The position numbers were made by a program, and so were the translations under genes. From Escherichia phage BEK2, in sequence record MN158206.1: a DNA stretch of 46,880 nucleotides; one strand, given 5' to 3'. Shown here one piece after another: positions 46,585-46,880 of this stretch. A model generated the notes under the pieces. It worked only from the letters and a program-made list of their open reading frames with translations, was not told the origin of the DNA and did not search any database. Numbering within the stretch: the stretch's first letter is position 1; each line of letters opens with the position of its first letter.

Positions 46585-46767
46585 ATGTGGGATGTGAAGT
46601 TGTCCATTCGCTTAATGGGCCGCTCGTGCAAGAATTGCACTCAAGATTATATCGCGTCAGTTGCCGCAATCAGCGCTGAGGATGCGGTAGCGAAAGTAAA
46701 AGAGATGTCAGGCGCTGACCCTGATACTCACAAATTCCTGGTTGCTTACGTTCGTGAGCGAAAGTAA
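46585..46767 (+). CDS. hypothetical protein
   Basis: 60 aa from ATG 46585 (AAGGAG SD). The upstream part of track ORF 46540-46767 is the tRNA 3' end. Confidence 0.55.
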   Translation: MWDVKLSIRLMGRSCKNCTQDYIASVAAISAEDAVAKVKEMSGADPDTHKFLVAYVRERK

Positions 46768-46811
46768 AAAGTGTTATACCCTCGTTAAGTTTCGTTTCTC
46801 TCGTTGTTTTT

Positions 46812-46835
46812 AGCCCTCGCTTGAGGGCTTTTTTT
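46812..46835 (+). terminator. rho-independent terminator
   Basis: AGCCCTC-GCTT-GAGGGCT followed by T7. Confidence 0.85.
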
Positions 46836-46846
46836 CGCCTGCAATA

Positions 46847-46855
46847 TGGTATAAT
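46847..46855 (+). promoter_or_regulatory. extended -10 promoter (TGgTATAAT) reading across the window junction into terS
   Basis: TG at 46847-46848, TATAAT at 46850-46855, followed by AAGGAGG (46868-46874) and then the ATG at nt 1. Confidence 0.55.
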
Positions 46856-46880
46856 CTGACCTCAACAAAGGAGGATTAAC

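Noticed and set aside
1-46880. Search for lysogeny functions, CRISPR arrays, transposases or a defence/anti-defence operon of a known type
   Set aside because: No integrase, recombinase, CI-type repressor or partition genes were recognisable. No regularly spaced direct repeats and no IS-like inverted ends were seen. Rha and the small HTH protein alone do not indicate a temperate lifestyle.

Overview
The window reads as a complete, circularly permuted genome of a virulent T1-like siphovirus. This rests on gene content and order only; no database search was possible. The promoter and Shine-Dalgarno sequence at the 3' edge (46847-46874) serve the ATG at nt 1, so the two ends join. Layout:
- 1-20485 (+): packaging, head and tail genes (terS, HNH, terL, portal, Mu-F-like, scaffold, capsid, connectors, tube, G/GT chaperone with a -1 frameshift, tape measure, M/L/K/I/J-like tip).
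- 20514-23172 (-): candidate receptor-binding protein, Cor-like lipoprotein, compact C5 methyltransferase, Rha regulator.
- 23781-26319 (+): recombination module (exonuclease, ERF, SSB).
- 26380-30932 (-): two lateral tail-fibre genes, primase, HTH regulator.
- 31034-37240 (+): helicase, VRR-NUC, small genes, HTH-metallophosphoesterase, then holin, SAR endolysin and u-spanin.
- 37266-41633 (-): accessory arm with a P-loop (DUF3987-like) protein and many small genes.
- 42319-46767 (+): accessory arm with a truncated paralog of that P-loop protein, a kinase-like protein, micro-ORFs and tRNA-Arg(UCU).
No integrase, CRISPR array, rRNA or transposase was seen.
Four signals are not explained by the ORFs:
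1. An 18-nt palindromic box (TAGCA-N5-TGCTA) occurs in 24 copies. It usually touches a stop codon and sits about 22 nt upstream of a -10 hexamer, followed by a conserved CATCGAAACGAAAC leader. I read this as a phage-specific, activator-type promoter cassette.
2. Two homologous ~325-bp AT-rich, iteron-like non-coding regions (23321-23645 and 41906-42231) lie at the two points where transcription diverges. They are ori-like.
3. A diverged pair of full-length and domain-deleted P-loop paralogs, in inverted orientation, brackets the second of those regions.
4. A tail-fibre protein ends in a complete endonuclease/exonuclease/phosphatase (EEP) domain.
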